A stretch of DNA of 64,000 nucleotides from Pseudomonadota bacterium (GCA_021801265.1 JAJYYE010000012.1:24548-88547), one strand, 5' to 3'. Positions 1-9,997 are shown, counted from the stretch's first letter. Translations and numbers: made by a program. The notes: generated by a model not told the origin, from the sequence alone.

Positions 1-302
1 TATTCAATTTTGGTGATCGGGATGGTGCCGCATCTCAGGCAGAGCTCCAGCACCCGCAGGGGCTGGCTTATCTTCAGGGCGCACTATATATTGCCGACAC
101 GTTCAACAACGCGATTCGCAAGCTTGATTTGGGAAGCCTGCAAGTTACGACCGTGACTAAAAAGCTGGCCCAACCCAATGGGTTGGCGGTATTAAACGAT
201 CACACCCTATTGATTGCCGATACCTACCATGATCGCGTGGTGACACTGGATTTAACCGATGGCGCCGTGACATCATGGCCGCCCAAAAAAATAACCCCGT
301 GA
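1..302 (+). CDS. C-terminal fragment of an NHL-repeat (beta-propeller) protein; 5' end lies outside the window
   Basis: Open frame from position 3 to TGA at 300-302. The translation (...HPQGLAYLQGALYIADTFNNAIRKLD...PNGLAVLNDHTLLIADTYHDRVVTLD) shows two NHL-type repeats. Confidence 0.5.
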   Translation, partial: FNFGDRDGAASQAELQHPQGLAYLQGALYIADTFNNAIRKLDLGSLQVTTVTKKLAQPNGLAVLNDHTLLIADTYHDRVVTLDLTDGAVTSWPPKKITP

Positions 303-315
303 ACCCACCCCACTG

Positions 316-1515
316 ATGCACACACCGCCGCCCCACTGGGATATTTTTTGCCGCGTGATTGATAACTTTGGTGACATCGGCGTAAGCTGGCGTTTGGCGC
401 GCATCCTAGCGACCGATCACCAGCAGTCGGTTCGGCTTTGGGTGGATGATTTAGGCACCCTGGCCCGGCTTGAACCGGCGCTTTCGACTGCCCTGGCCCG
501 GCAGGTGTACCCAGATATAAACCCAAGCATTGAGATCATCCACTGGGCAGGGCCTCAGCCCGACATACTGCCCGCGCCCTATGTGATTGAAGCCTTCGGC
601 TGCGAACTGCCCGCAACCTATCGAGCGCTGATGTCGGGGCGCACCGTTGCCTGGTTCAATTTGGAGTATTTCAGCGCTGAACCGTGGGTTTTGAACTGCC
701 ATGGCCTGCACTCACCCCAATCCGATCATGCGGATAAACAATTCGTGTTTCCCAGCACCTTGCCCCACACGGGCGGTTTGCTGCGTGAAGCAAATCTGCT
801 GCAGGAACGGCAAACGTTTATCCACGATGCCGCCGAGCGTGCACGTTGGTCACAGCAATGGCGAGTCCCCTTGCCAACACCAACTGCACCCTCGTCAAAG
901 GGCTTAACGATTTTGCTCTTCGGTTATGAAAACGAAGCCTTGGCACCGCTCATCAATCTGCTCAATACGTTAGAAGATCAGCCCGTCATCCTCTACCTCC
1001 CCGAAGGCCGCTTGCTGGCCTCGGCGCGCGCCGCATTAAATCGACCGGATTTGGTCGCCGGCGATACGCTGCATCAAGGGAATATCACCCTGCATATTTT
1101 GCCCTTTCTACCGCAAGCGCAATTTGATCGGCTGTTGTGGCTCTGCGATCTTAATTTTGTGCGCGGCGAAGATTCTCTGGTGCGCGCCTTATGGGCTGGC
1201 AAACCCTTGGTTTGGCAAATTTACCCCACCGAAGATGACGCGCACTGGGCAAAACTTGATGCCCTGCTTGATTCGCTCGGTCTTGATTCGTTCAATCAAG
1301 GCTTATCACCCGCCGCCCGCCACGCTTGGCGGCGCATCAACCATGCCTGGAATCAACAAACGCTAGCCCCAGATGACTGGCACGCATTCATGGCCACCCT
1401 GCCCGAATTAAGCCAATACGCTGAGCACACCAGCAGCCGACTTGCCCAACAAACAGAACTCGCTGACTGGCTAGTCAAAACCGCCTTTGAACGGTTACAA
1501 TGCGCCACCAATTAA
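316..1515 (+). CDS. earP: EF-P arginine-32 rhamnosyltransferase EarP
   Basis: The N-terminus [24 protein letters not shown] is the typical EarP (DUF2331) signature. The gene lies immediately upstream of an Arg32-type efp. Confidence 0.85.
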   Translation: MHTPPPHWDIFCRVIDNFGDIGVSWRLARILATDHQQSVRLWVDDLGTLARLEPALSTALARQVYPDINPSIEIIHWAGPQPDILPAPYVIEAFGCELPATYRALMSGRTVAWFNLEYFSAEPWVLNCHGLHSPQSDHADKQFVFPSTLPHTGGLLREANLLQERQTFIHDAAERARWSQQWRVPLPTPTAPSSKGLTILLFGYENEALAPLINLLNTLEDQPVILYLPEGRLLASARAALNRPDLVAGDTLHQGNITLHILPFLPQAQFDRLLWLCDLNFVRGEDSLVRALWAGKPLVWQIYPTEDDAHWAKLDALLDSLGLDSFNQGLSPAARHAWRRINHAWNQQTLAPDDWHAFMATLPELSQYAEHTSSRLAQQTELADWLVKTAFERLQCATN

Positions 1516-1579
1516 TCTAAGGCTTGGTTTTTCAGGCCTTTTTTCCTTGCATTATTTCCTTGATTACTGGGTAATTTCC

Positions 1580-2143
1580 ATGAAAACCGCACAAGAATTC
1601 CGCGCCGGCAACGTCATTATGGTCGGCAAAGACCCGATGGTCATTTTGAAGGCTGAGTTTAATAAATCAGGCCGCAACTCAGCGGTCGTCAAAATGAAAA
1701 TGAAGAACCTGCTCTCCGGCAGCAGCACCGAATCGGTATTCAAAGCCGATGACAAATTCGACCAAGTCATCCTCGACAAGAAAGAATGCACCTACAGCTA
1801 TTTTTCTGATCCGTTGTATGTGTTCATGGATGCCGAATTCAATTCGTATGAAATCGAAGCCGAAGACATGGGCGATACCGTGAATTTCATCGTAGACGGC
1901 ATGACTGATCCCTGCGAAGTGGTGTTCTATAATGAAAAACCCATTTCTGTGGAGCTGCCCACCATCATCGTGCGTGAAATTGCCTACACCGAGCCAACTG
2001 CCCGCGGCGATACCTCCGGTAAAGTCATGAAAGGCGCTAAGCTGACCAACGATTTTGAAATCCAAGTTGCCTCGTTCATCGAAATCGGTGAAAAAGTTGA
2101 AATCGATACCCGCACGGGTGAATTCCGCAAACGCGCGAACTAA
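1580..2143 (+). CDS. efp: Elongation factor P (EarP-type, Arg32 loop)
   Basis: [40 protein letters not shown]... The start was moved to the internal ATG at 1580. Residue 32 is Arg in the loop KSGRN. Confidence 0.95.
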   Translation: MKTAQEFRAGNVIMVGKDPMVILKAEFNKSGRNSAVVKMKMKNLLSGSSTESVFKADDKFDQVILDKKECTYSYFSDPLYVFMDAEFNSYEIEAEDMGDTVNFIVDGMTDPCEVVFYNEKPISVELPTIIVREIAYTEPTARGDTSGKVMKGAKLTNDFEIQVASFIEIGEKVEIDTRTGEFRKRAN

Positions 2144-2301
2144 GTCCACTGAGCGCCATTCGCGCCCCAATCCCACAGGTGTTTAATTCGCCCCCCAAAA
2201 CCGCCCTGTTTAGTGGCGGTTTTGTTTTGGCTCCAAATTTGCTTGGTAATATCAGTGAATGTGCCCAAGGCATACATTTATTACAGGAGAAGCCCGACAT
2301 C

Positions 2302-3330
2302 ATGCAAAACTCGCTTGATCTGCGCGATTCCGATATAGTCTTGCTCTCCATTTTGGCGCGAGAAACTGATCTTTCGCGATTTTTCACGATTGCCGCCAAT
2401 GCCGCCGCCAAAATTGTTGGCGCCGATGGCGCCGGGCTGATCCTGCCGGAAGGCGATCGATTAAAGTATCGATTTTTCGAGGGGTTACCGCCTCAATTTG
2501 TTGCCCTAACCCAGCAATCATTTGATCGGACGACTGGGGTTGCCGGCGCGGCCTTGGCTCAAAACCACCCTTTATTTATCAACGACTACCCAAACAGCGA
2601 TTTGGCCATGCCACAATTTGTGGCTTCAGGGCTAACAGCCAGCTTAAGCATTCCCATCCGAATCAGTGACCAAATCGAGGCGGTGCTTGCACTATCCTGG
2701 TTCAAACCGCTGGAACAATCACTCAATATGCGGCAATTAAGTTTGGCCACCCTATTTGCCGATTTCATTGGTACCGCACTGTACCGGGATAAAATTGAAA
2801 GCCATCTCAACCAACTGGCACACAGCGACCCCTTAACCGGCTTACCCAACCGGGCAGGCTTTTATCAATTGATGGATCAAACCCTGGTGCGTGCGCAAGC
2901 GGGTGATCGGCATACCGCCCTTGTCATGATTGACATCGACCACTTTAAAACCGTCAACGATACCCTGGGCCATGAATTTGGCGATCGGCTGCTGAAGGAA
3001 ATCAGTAGTCGGCTCAAGGAAGTTATTCACCCTGACGATAAAATTGCCCGACTTGGCGGTGATGAACTGGCAATTTTGATTGAATCCGCACGCCATCTCA
3101 AGGATTTACAAGACATTGTGCGCCGCATCTCTCAAGCAATTTATCTACGCATTGGTCGGGATGGCGAATTTGTACGTATTTCGGGCAGCATCGGCGTATG
3201 TGAAATTCACCCTAAAGAAACACGCAATCAAAATGCGCTGATGTGCACTGCAGATTCGGCGATGTATCAGGCCAAACGGGCAGGTGGCAACTGCGTGGTA
3301 TTTGCACCACCCATTCAGCCGGATTTTTAA
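2302..3330 (+). CDS. GAF-domain diguanylate cyclase (GGDEF family, GGDEL variant)
   Basis: The C-terminal domain has GLPNRAGF...DIDHFKTVNDTLGHEFGDRLL...RLGGDELAIL. An AGGAG lies upstream of the ATG at 2302; the longer ORF starts at a GTG at 2179. Confidence 0.8.
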   Translation: MQNSLDLRDSDIVLLSILARETDLSRFFTIAANAAAKIVGADGAGLILPEGDRLKYRFFEGLPPQFVALTQQSFDRTTGVAGAALAQNHPLFINDYPNSDLAMPQFVASGLTASLSIPIRISDQIEAVLALSWFKPLEQSLNMRQLSLATLFADFIGTALYRDKIESHLNQLAHSDPLTGLPNRAGFYQLMDQTLVRAQAGDRHTALVMIDIDHFKTVNDTLGHEFGDRLLKEISSRLKEVIHPDDKIARLGGDELAILIESARHLKDLQDIVRRISQAIYLRIGRDGEFVRISGSIGVCEIHPKETRNQNALMCTADSAMYQAKRAGGNCVVFAPPIQPDF

Positions 3331-3395
3331 CGGCCGCTAATTCGCTCAGATTGACGGGTTAGAATGACGCTTCATTCGTCACCGCCTGGAATGTC

Positions 3396-6300
3396 ATGCC
3401 CCTCACCGCCCCACCATCGACTATCACACCGGGTTTTTTACTGCTCCAGAGCAATCGGCTTGAGGTGCTCCGGCTGCTTTTGATTGACTGGCTCAAAACC
3501 AACCCCTTGGCACCACTTGAAAATGAAACTGTGCTGGTACAAAGCAACGGCATGGCGCAATGGCTCAAACTCGGGCTCGCGACCGACCGTAAGGCTTCCG
3601 GCGGTGGGCTGGGCATTGCCTCGGGGCTGGAAATGCTGTTACCTGCCCGCCTGCAATGGCAGTGTTATCGCGCCATTTTGGGTGTTCATGCCGTCCCCAA
3701 AGATTCCCCCCTCGACAAAGATCCGCTGGTTTGGCGACTGATGCGGCTACTCCCTGACTTATTGAATGAACCCGATTTTTCCCCGCTACATCACTATGTG
3801 CTGCCGAATGATCAGCCAGACAATGGGCCAGACGAACGGCGCTTATATCAGTTAGCCCTGCGGCTTGCTGATCAGTTTGACCAGTATCAGGTGTATCGCG
3901 CCGATTGGTTGCTGTATTGGCAACAGGGTCACAACGCCCTGCCCCCGAGTGAACCATCTCCGGGTGGCACCGCTCTCGATCCTGAGCAACTCTGGCAGCC
4001 GAAACTGTGGCGAGCAATCACAGCAGATATCCAGGCCCAACAGCCCGAGCACGGCGAAAACAGTGACGTGATGCTGGGTCGAGCGGGTTTGCATCAAGCA
4101 TTTTTGCAAGCCGCCAATCAGCATCAAAACCACCCTACGGGGCTGCCCAGACGCATTATTGTGTTTGGATTATCATCCATCGCCCCGCAAATTTTAGATG
4201 TGCTGGCCACCATTGCGCACTGGACACAAGTGATCGTTTGTCTGCAAAACCCCTGTCAGCACTACTGGGGCGACATCATCGACGGTCATCAGTTGTTTTC
4301 CACCGCCTATCGCGGCAAGCAGCCCCGTAAACTTGCGCGCGCCGATAACCCCGAAGATTTATCCGGCCAAGCGCACCCCTTGCTTGCCGCATGGGGGCGA
4401 CAAGGCCGAGATTTAATGCGTCTTTTAGATACGTTTGAAGACAACACGCGTTTGACTCGGAGCCCAGACAACAACCTGTCGAATCACCTGTCACTCACCG
4501 CATTTGAATCGCCTTGCGCCGCACAATCTCAGCCCAGCCTGCTCAGCCTCATTCATGATGACATTCTGGAATTACGTAGCCCCGCTGAATTGCTCGATCT
4601 GCAGCGTCGCTTAATGCCCCACGATGCGCAGTCATTGCAGTTTCATATCGCCCATAGCCCCCTGCGCGAGGTGGAAATCCTTCATGATCAACTGCTCGCT
4701 GCACTCGAAGCGGATGCCAGCCTCACGCCAACCGACATCATCGTTATGGTGCCGGATATGTCGATTTATGCACCCGCCATCGCCGCTATTTTCGGCCGCA
4801 TCGACTGCTCAGACCCGCGTTTCATCCCCTTCACCATTTCCGATCAAACCACCGGCAGCCAAACGCCGGTCATTAATGCGCTCGATCGATTATTACGGCT
4901 ACCGCAAGCGAGGCTGGGACGGAGTGAGGTGTTAGACCTGCTGGGGACCCCCTTGCTGCGGGCAAAATTCGGCATCAAGGAAGCGGATATCCCCACACTA
5001 CATACATGGATTGATGCCGCTGGAATTCGCTGGGGTTTAGATGCAATGCATCGAGAGCACTTCGACCTTCCGCCCGGTATTACGCAAAACACGTGGCTAT
5101 TTGGGCTTAATCGACTGCTACTCGGTTATTTAAGCGGGGATTCTCAGGCTATGTGGCAAGGCATCGAACCTTACCCGGCCATGGATTCCATTAGCGCCGG
5201 GCTGATTGGGTATCTGGCCGACTTAATTAACCAATTAAGCCACTACACCCACGTTTTGGCGCAACCGTACACACCCGAAGAATGGCAACACTGCTTGCAG
5301 AATTTAATGACGGACTTCTTTCAAGAACCGGATCTCCACAGTCCGGATTCAAGCCGCAACAACGCATCCGATGATCTCGAAACCCACGCGCGCCTGCTCA
5401 CCAGCCTGGCGCAATGGCGAACCGATTGCCATACCGCACACTTCACCCAACCGATCAGCATTGACACCGTGCGCCATGCCTGGCTTGATCGACTCGAACC
5501 ACATCGGCTGCAACAACGTTTTTTAGTCGGCGGCGTGAATTTCGCCACCCTCATGCCCATGCGCGCCATCCCCTATCGGCAGGTCTATCTGCTGGGTATG
5601 GACGATGCGAGCTACCCACGACGCCAGCCTCCGAGCGATTTTGATTTAATGGCTGCCCGCTATCGTCCCGGCGATCGTGCCCGACGCGAAGATGACCGCT
5701 ATTTATTTCTCGAGGCCCTGCTGGCGGCGCGGGAAAAGTTCGTCGTCAGTTGGGTGGGGCGCAACATCAACAACAATCAAACGCGGCCTGCTTCTGTCCT
5801 GGTTAGCCAGTTACACGATTATCTCGATCAATTTTGGCACGCCTCCGGTGACGGAAAAGCCAGCGAACACCTCACTACCCACCACCCGCTGCATCCCTAC
5901 AGCCGCCAATATTTTTCCGGGAAAAATCCGGCATTATTCACCTATGCCACCGACTGGCGCGCGATCCACAGCACAGAAATAGCGGCCCAAACAACAACCA
6001 AGGCACCCTCGGAATCCACTACGTTATCCCTGCCAATCTGGCGACCAGAACGCGTCCTCTCGCTCAATGATCTCAGTAAATTTCTACGCGCACCCGCACA
6101 ACTACTGTTCAAGGAACGATTCGGCATCCAGTTGCAAGCAATTAACGAGGATTTAGAAGACCACGAACCGTTTGAACTGGATGGGCTGAAACGCTGGCAA
6201 ATCAAGCACCAATTAAATGACCGCGTCCGGCAAAAAATAGCCTCAGCCGCAAATTTTATCCACCCGACCCCAGAGGAACTCAGTACGTATCTCCATCAGC

Positions 6301-7043
6301 AATACCATAAGCTGTTGCACAGTGGACAATTTCCCATCATGGTCGCGCTAACGGCAGATGAGTTTCTCGCGCCACTCATGACACAATGGCAAACATGGCA
6401 AACCCTCAAGCAACACTATGAACATCGTCTGCCCACACAACAGCGACAAAGTCTTTGCGGCAATCAAGGCATTGCGCTCGAAGCGCAAACCCAAGATCTA
6501 TTCCAAGCAGAGGATGGTCACCGGGCGCGCTTGATATTTATTGAGGGCAAACTTCACCAAGCGGAACCGACTCGCCCCGAAAATATTCGTAGGGATAAAT
6601 GCGTCAATCAATGGCCCGCTCATCTATTCGCCCAATTAACCGGCCACCCGGTAGAAACACATCTCATTGGAGAAACCGGCACCGTTCGCTTGCCGCCGAT
6701 TGATGAACCCACCGCACGGCACCAGTTAATTAATTTACTGGATTCCTGGTTTGATGCGATTCAGCAACCCTACCCGATTGCCTGCAAAACGGCATTCTGT
6801 TGGCTGGAAAATCATAAGGTAGCCCCTGACCAGGCAATTGATAAAGCCAGAATCTGTTTTGAGGGCGGCTACAATGTTCAGGGTGAAATAGAAAACGACC
6901 CGATTCTCGCGCGAATCTGGCCCAACTTTGACACACTGCTCAATAACCAATTAACCCAAAATCAGCGCTTTACCGATCTGTGCCAACAGCTCTATCAACC
7001 CATCATCACTGCGCTTCAAAAGGGAAATCCCCCTGAAAATTAG
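3396..7043 (+). CDS. recC: Exodeoxyribonuclease V gamma subunit RecC
   Basis: 1215 aa. The N-terminus LLLQSNRLEVL...VLVQSNGMAQWLK is characteristic of RecC, and the size is appropriate. Confidence 0.9.
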   Translation: MPLTAPPSTITPGFLLLQSNRLEVLRLLLIDWLKTNPLAPLENETVLVQSNGMAQWLKLGLATDRKASGGGLGIASGLEMLLPARLQWQCYRAILGVHAVPKDSPLDKDPLVWRLMRLLPDLLNEPDFSPLHHYVLPNDQPDNGPDERRLYQLALRLADQFDQYQVYRADWLLYWQQGHNALPPSEPSPGGTALDPEQLWQPKLWRAITADIQAQQPEHGENSDVMLGRAGLHQAFLQAANQHQNHPTGLPRRIIVFGLSSIAPQILDVLATIAHWTQVIVCLQNPCQHYWGDIIDGHQLFSTAYRGKQPRKLARADNPEDLSGQAHPLLAAWGRQGRDLMRLLDTFEDNTRLTRSPDNNLSNHLSLTAFESPCAAQSQPSLLSLIHDDILELRSPAELLDLQRRLMPHDAQSLQFHIAHSPLREVEILHDQLLAALEADASLTPTDIIVMVPDMSIYAPAIAAIFGRIDCSDPRFIPFTISDQTTGSQTPVINALDRLLRLPQARLGRSEVLDLLGTPLLRAKFGIKEADIPTLHTWIDAAGIRWGLDAMHREHFDLPPGITQNTWLFGLNRLLLGYLSGDSQAMWQGIEPYPAMDSISAGLIGYLADLINQLSHYTHVLAQPYTPEEWQHCLQNLMTDFFQEPDLHSPDSSRNNASDDLETHARLLTSLAQWRTDCHTAHFTQPISIDTVRHAWLDRLEPHRLQQRFLVGGVNFATLMPMRAIPYRQVYLLGMDDASYPRRQPPSDFDLMAARYRPGDRARREDDRYLFLEALLAAREKFVVSWVGRNINNNQTRPASVLVSQLHDYLDQFWHASGDGKASEHLTTHHPLHPYSRQYFSGKNPALFTYATDWRAIHSTEIAAQTTTKAPSESTTLSLPIWRPERVLSLNDLSKFLRAPAQLLFKERFGIQLQAINEDLEDHEPFELDGLKRWQIKHQLNDRVRQKIASAANFIHPTPEELSTYLHQQYHKLLHSGQFPIMVALTADEFLAPLMTQWQTWQTLKQHYEHRLPTQQRQSLCGNQGIALEAQTQDLFQAEDGHRARLIFIEGKLHQAEPTRPENIRRDKCVNQWPAHLFAQLTGHPVETHLIGETGTVRLPPIDEPTARHQLINLLDSWFDAIQQPYPIACKTAFCWLENHKVAPDQAIDKARICFEGGYNVQGEIENDPILARIWPNFDTLLNNQLTQNQRFTDLCQQLYQPIITALQKGNPPEN

Positions 7044-7060
7044 GGGCTTACCCCATCTGC

Positions 7061-7568
7061 ATGCTGAGAATGATTGTGGGCACACAGAAACGGCTACCCG
7101 AAATCCACCTTAATATGATGAGGAGCACTGACCATATCCCGGCAGGCATTCAAGAGCAAGATTTAGGGGTGGGGCTGACCGACCGTGTCATTGATGCCGC
7201 CACCTTCTCGCAGAATCGTCGTCGCTTTGTGGGTACTGACATCAAGCAGACCATCTTCGACCAGGTCGTCGAACAAGCGATTGAGCACATCTGGTTGGCG
7301 GGCGTGTCTTCTACCCCCGCCAACCTGCACAGCAGCGTGCCCTACCGGGATCAACCCAACCCCCATGCGCCAACTTTTCGGCTTTGATGTACGCGCCGTT
7401 GAATCGGACGCAGGCTACTTCACCCCCGCCATCTGCCAGAAACTGAGTGAACGCAACATCCACGGTGTCATCGGCTACCGCCGTCCGAGTCACCGGGACA
7501 GCTACTTCGACAAACGTGAAGTATGTGGACGATCAGACACAAGAGCCTACAACGGCCCCAACGGTTAG
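7061..7568 (+). pseudogene. Degraded IS1182-family transposase remnant (fragments in two frames)
   Basis: Fragments DRVIDAATFSQNRRRFVGTD... and ...VESDAGYFTPAICQKLSERNIHGVIGYRRPSHRDSYFDKRE resemble IS1182-type DDE transposases. They are frameshifted and heavily shortened. Confidence 0.6.
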
Positions 7569-7663
7569 ACCCTCAGGGCTACCGCGAGTATGCCGCGCCC
7601 CTGGACTAATCACCAGTTTCAAACATCAGACACCCCTCGAGCAGGCGTAACCGCATCCAGATA

Positions 7664-7735
7664 CAAAAAAACCCCGCCTTTCAAAAAGACGGGGTTTGTC
7701 AGCAGTCCGAAACCGCCAAAAGGCGGTTTCGGACT
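7664..7735 (-). terminator. Two tandem hairpins downstream of the Pal-like gene (rho-independent terminator region)
   Basis: Perfect 14-bp stem AGTCCGAAACCGCC-AAAA-GGCGGTTTCGGACT at 7704-7735. A second hairpin, ACCCCG...CGGGGT at 7671-7696, is followed on the minus strand by a T-run. Confidence 0.7.
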
Positions 7736-7774
7736 CAGCACCGACGATGAGTCGGCATGCGAACTTAACTCAAA

Positions 7775-8287
7775 TTACTTGCCGTACGCCAAATCAGCGC
7801 GACGATTTTTCGCCCAAGCGGCTTCATTATTACCGTCAACCGCAGGACGCTCTTCACCATAACTGACCACATCAACTTGACTTGGAGTCACACCATCGGC
7901 CAATAACGTATCACGCACCGCAACCGCACGCTTTTCACCAAGCGCAATATTGTACTCACGGCTACCCCGATTATCCGTATTACCTTCAACCAATACATGA
8001 CGCTGTGCACTCGCTTTCAGGAAATCAGCGTTTTGCTGCAACATGGGGCGATAAGATGAATCAACGTTGTATTTATCAAAACCGAAATACACTGTAGCCG
8101 CCGCACCAGCAGGTGCATTAGCGTACAACGTCGCTTCATCCATACCCGAGCCATTCACACCTGAAGTACCCACACCATTTGTAGTGTCAGCGCCCGCCGC
8201 AGAACCCACCGGTTTAGTCGGTGCAGAGCTACACGCAGCCAAAGACAATGCCAATACACCCAAAGAAGCAACTGTTAAAGCACGCAT
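7775..8287 (-). CDS. OmpA-family peptidoglycan-associated lipoprotein (Pal-like)
   Basis: Lipobox LSLAAC|S. The C-terminal OmpA domain reads YFGFDKYNV...VLVEGNTDNRGSREYNIALGEKRA...NRRADL. No tolB lies adjacent, so no pal symbol is assigned. Confidence 0.85.
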   Translation of the reverse strand: MRALTVASLGVLALSLAACSSAPTKPVGSAAGADTTNGVGTSGVNGSGMDEATLYANAPAGAAATVYFGFDKYNVDSSYRPMLQQNADFLKASAQRHVLVEGNTDNRGSREYNIALGEKRAVAVRDTLLADGVTPSQVDVVSYGEERPAVDGNNEAAWAKNRRADLAYGK

Positions 8288-8450
8288 AAAATTAACCTCA
8301 ATAAAACAACAGATGAAATTTAAAAAATTCGTTGTTAATTTATCATAAAGCCAGATTTTGCTACGAAATTTCCATAATCAGAACTGTCATATTTACAACA
8401 CGGAGTCAAAAAACAACACCACCAAGGCAAAAAAACTCAACAAATAATTA

Positions 8451-8479
8451 TTGACATCCATGCCGCTTATCTAGAGAAT
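8451..8479 (+). promoter_or_regulatory. Probable sigma70 promoter of tRNA-Ser
   Basis: TTGACA (8451-8456), a 17-nt spacer, then GAGAAT (8474-8479), followed by a GC-rich discriminator just before the tRNA 5' end. Confidence 0.5.
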
Positions 8480-8492
8480 TCTGCTCCTTCGC

Positions 8493-8582
8493 GGAGGGTT
8501 GGCAGAGCGGTTGAATGCACCGGTCTTGAAAACCGGCAAGGGTTTATCCCCTTCCAGGGTTCGAATCCCTGATCCTCCGCCA
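8493..8582 (+). tRNA. tRNA-Ser (anticodon UGA), encoded CCA end
   Basis: GGAGGGT...ATCCTCC acceptor pairing, anticodon loop CT-TGA-AA, long variable arm (GGCAAGGGTTTATCCCCTTCC), T-loop GGTTCGAATCC. Length 90 nt. Confidence 0.95.
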
Positions 8583-8620
8583 CATAACACGATTAAGCCC
8601 ATGATTTCATGGGCTTTTTT
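8569..8620 (+). repeat. attL: tRNA-Ser 3' end plus terminator hairpin (direct-repeat copy 1)
   Basis: CTGATCCTCCGCCACA (8569-8584) is identical to 15552-15567. Extended similarity continues through AAGCCCATG...ATGGG. Confidence 0.85.
8595..8620 (+). terminator. Rho-independent terminator after tRNA-Ser
   Basis: AAGCCCATG-ATTT-CATGGGCTT followed by a T-run. Confidence 0.75.
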
Positions 8621-8637
8621 GTTTTTAAAAATCCTTC

Positions 8638-8661
8638 GGTGCACCAATCGGTGTACCACTT
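8638..8661 (+). repeat. Candidate integrase arm-type site (left arm of the island)
   Basis: GGTGCACCAATCGGTGTACCACTT matches 15399-15422 at 20 of 24 positions, in the same orientation. Confidence 0.5.
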
Positions 8662-8977
8662 CCCCCAAGATTCAGTTGCATTCTGTTACACCGTTTTGCA
8701 CAAATCGACAACAACACCCAATAGAAATGCCTTACTACATGACAATGAGGTAAGGCACCTGTATTCCATCTCACTCTTAAGAAACCCAATCTCCAAAGTC
8801 ACACAAACTGCGCCTAGAACAGCACATCTAGGAGATTCCCCATATTTCGCAAAATGCATCCTCTAGTCTCGCAGCCCTTTTTCAAGGGGATCGATCCATA
8901 TCCCAAGCTTTACGACACTCATCTGCAAACACCAATAGATCCACGACGACCCTGTAAATCTCCACCGACACAAACCT

Positions 8978-9226
8978 TTGCAAATGTCAATGAGGGGGGG
9001 TGGGTTGAAAATTAGCAATACCCCTCTGGGGCAAGCGGCGCAACAGGGATTTACCAATGGAGCATTCGAGGAGACAGAGGAGGAAGTCACCGAAATCATC
9101 GAGGAGTTTTTTCCACCTCTACTTGATGACCTGGAAGTCAATGCCGCGACAGCTCAAGGCAAACCCAGTCTGACGAACAAACTGAATCGCAAGACGCAAA
9201 ACCTGACTGAAGCGGCAGTGCAGTAG
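8978..9226 (+). CDS. Hypothetical small acidic protein (82 aa), doubtful
   Basis: ORF only. Contains an acidic stretch EETEEEVTEIIEEFFPPLLDDLEV. No recognisable family. Confidence 0.2.
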   Translation: MQMSMRGGGLKISNTPLGQAAQQGFTNGAFEETEEEVTEIIEEFFPPLLDDLEVNAATAQGKPSLTNKLNRKTQNLTEAAVQ

Positions 9227-9439
9227 AAAGGCCATGCAATTGGATTAACCGGAGCCAGGATACGGCTTCGGTTAATTTATGCGGGTAATAAATTTTCTAT
9301 TTTTGTCCCTTTTAAGAACACCCTAAAGCATTTAGGATTTGACCAACTAAAAATCAGGAGCAAAGCATGAGGCAATACCCAGATATACAGCAACAACTTA
9401 CCTATCGACTGGATCCATCTGGCAAATATCGATCCCCAC

Positions 9440-9808
9440 ATGGGCATGGCCAGCGGCAAGTTCACACCATCTGATGATTACGCCAAGATTCAAGCCGACT
9501 CATACCTGATCTCCAAACTGCATATGAACCGACGCGTAAAGGAAATCCTCAAGGAGCAATTTGTCCACCGCCTCACAGCGTTGGCGCCTGACATTGCTCT
9601 GGTGCGAATGGGGCAAAAAAAAGATGGCAAGGACGACTGCCTGCTCGAATGGCGTATCGACGCAAAGCACAAGGTATGGATCTCGTTCGACGGCGAGAAG
9701 GACAGAGGTATGCTTGTCTCGATCGAAGCCGGATGGGCCACCGAAGGTGGCAGTTTCTCCAGCCTGCCCCTGGTCTGGCTCGACAACAGGCCGTGGCCAG
9801 AGGTGTAG
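9440..9808 (+). CDS. Hypothetical island protein (122 aa)
   Basis: Its composition is more protein-like than that of the overlapping ORFs. The region is GC-rich and lacks stops in several frames, so strand and frame are only moderately supported. Confidence 0.4.
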   Translation: MGMASGKFTPSDDYAKIQADSYLISKLHMNRRVKEILKEQFVHRLTALAPDIALVRMGQKKDGKDDCLLEWRIDAKHKVWISFDGEKDRGMLVSIEAGWATEGGSFSSLPLVWLDNRPWPEV

Positions 9809-9997
9809 GTTGGGGGGACTGAAGGCTGGCGCCTGCTTGTGAGGGCGGTGTGTTGGGGCAAGCAAGGTTCATTTTATGGCGGAGGAGCAGGTATTTCAGC
9901 AGCATCTAGCCGTCCCCTTTAAAATGAACGACAATCTGCATACAACTATAAACTTATCAACCATCCAGATAGCTTTCAAAAAAGTCGAACTCATTCA

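Noticed and set aside
8471-8668. 65-aa minus-strand ORF
   Set aside because: It is antisense to tRNA-Ser and its terminator, so it is an artefact of the ORF scan.
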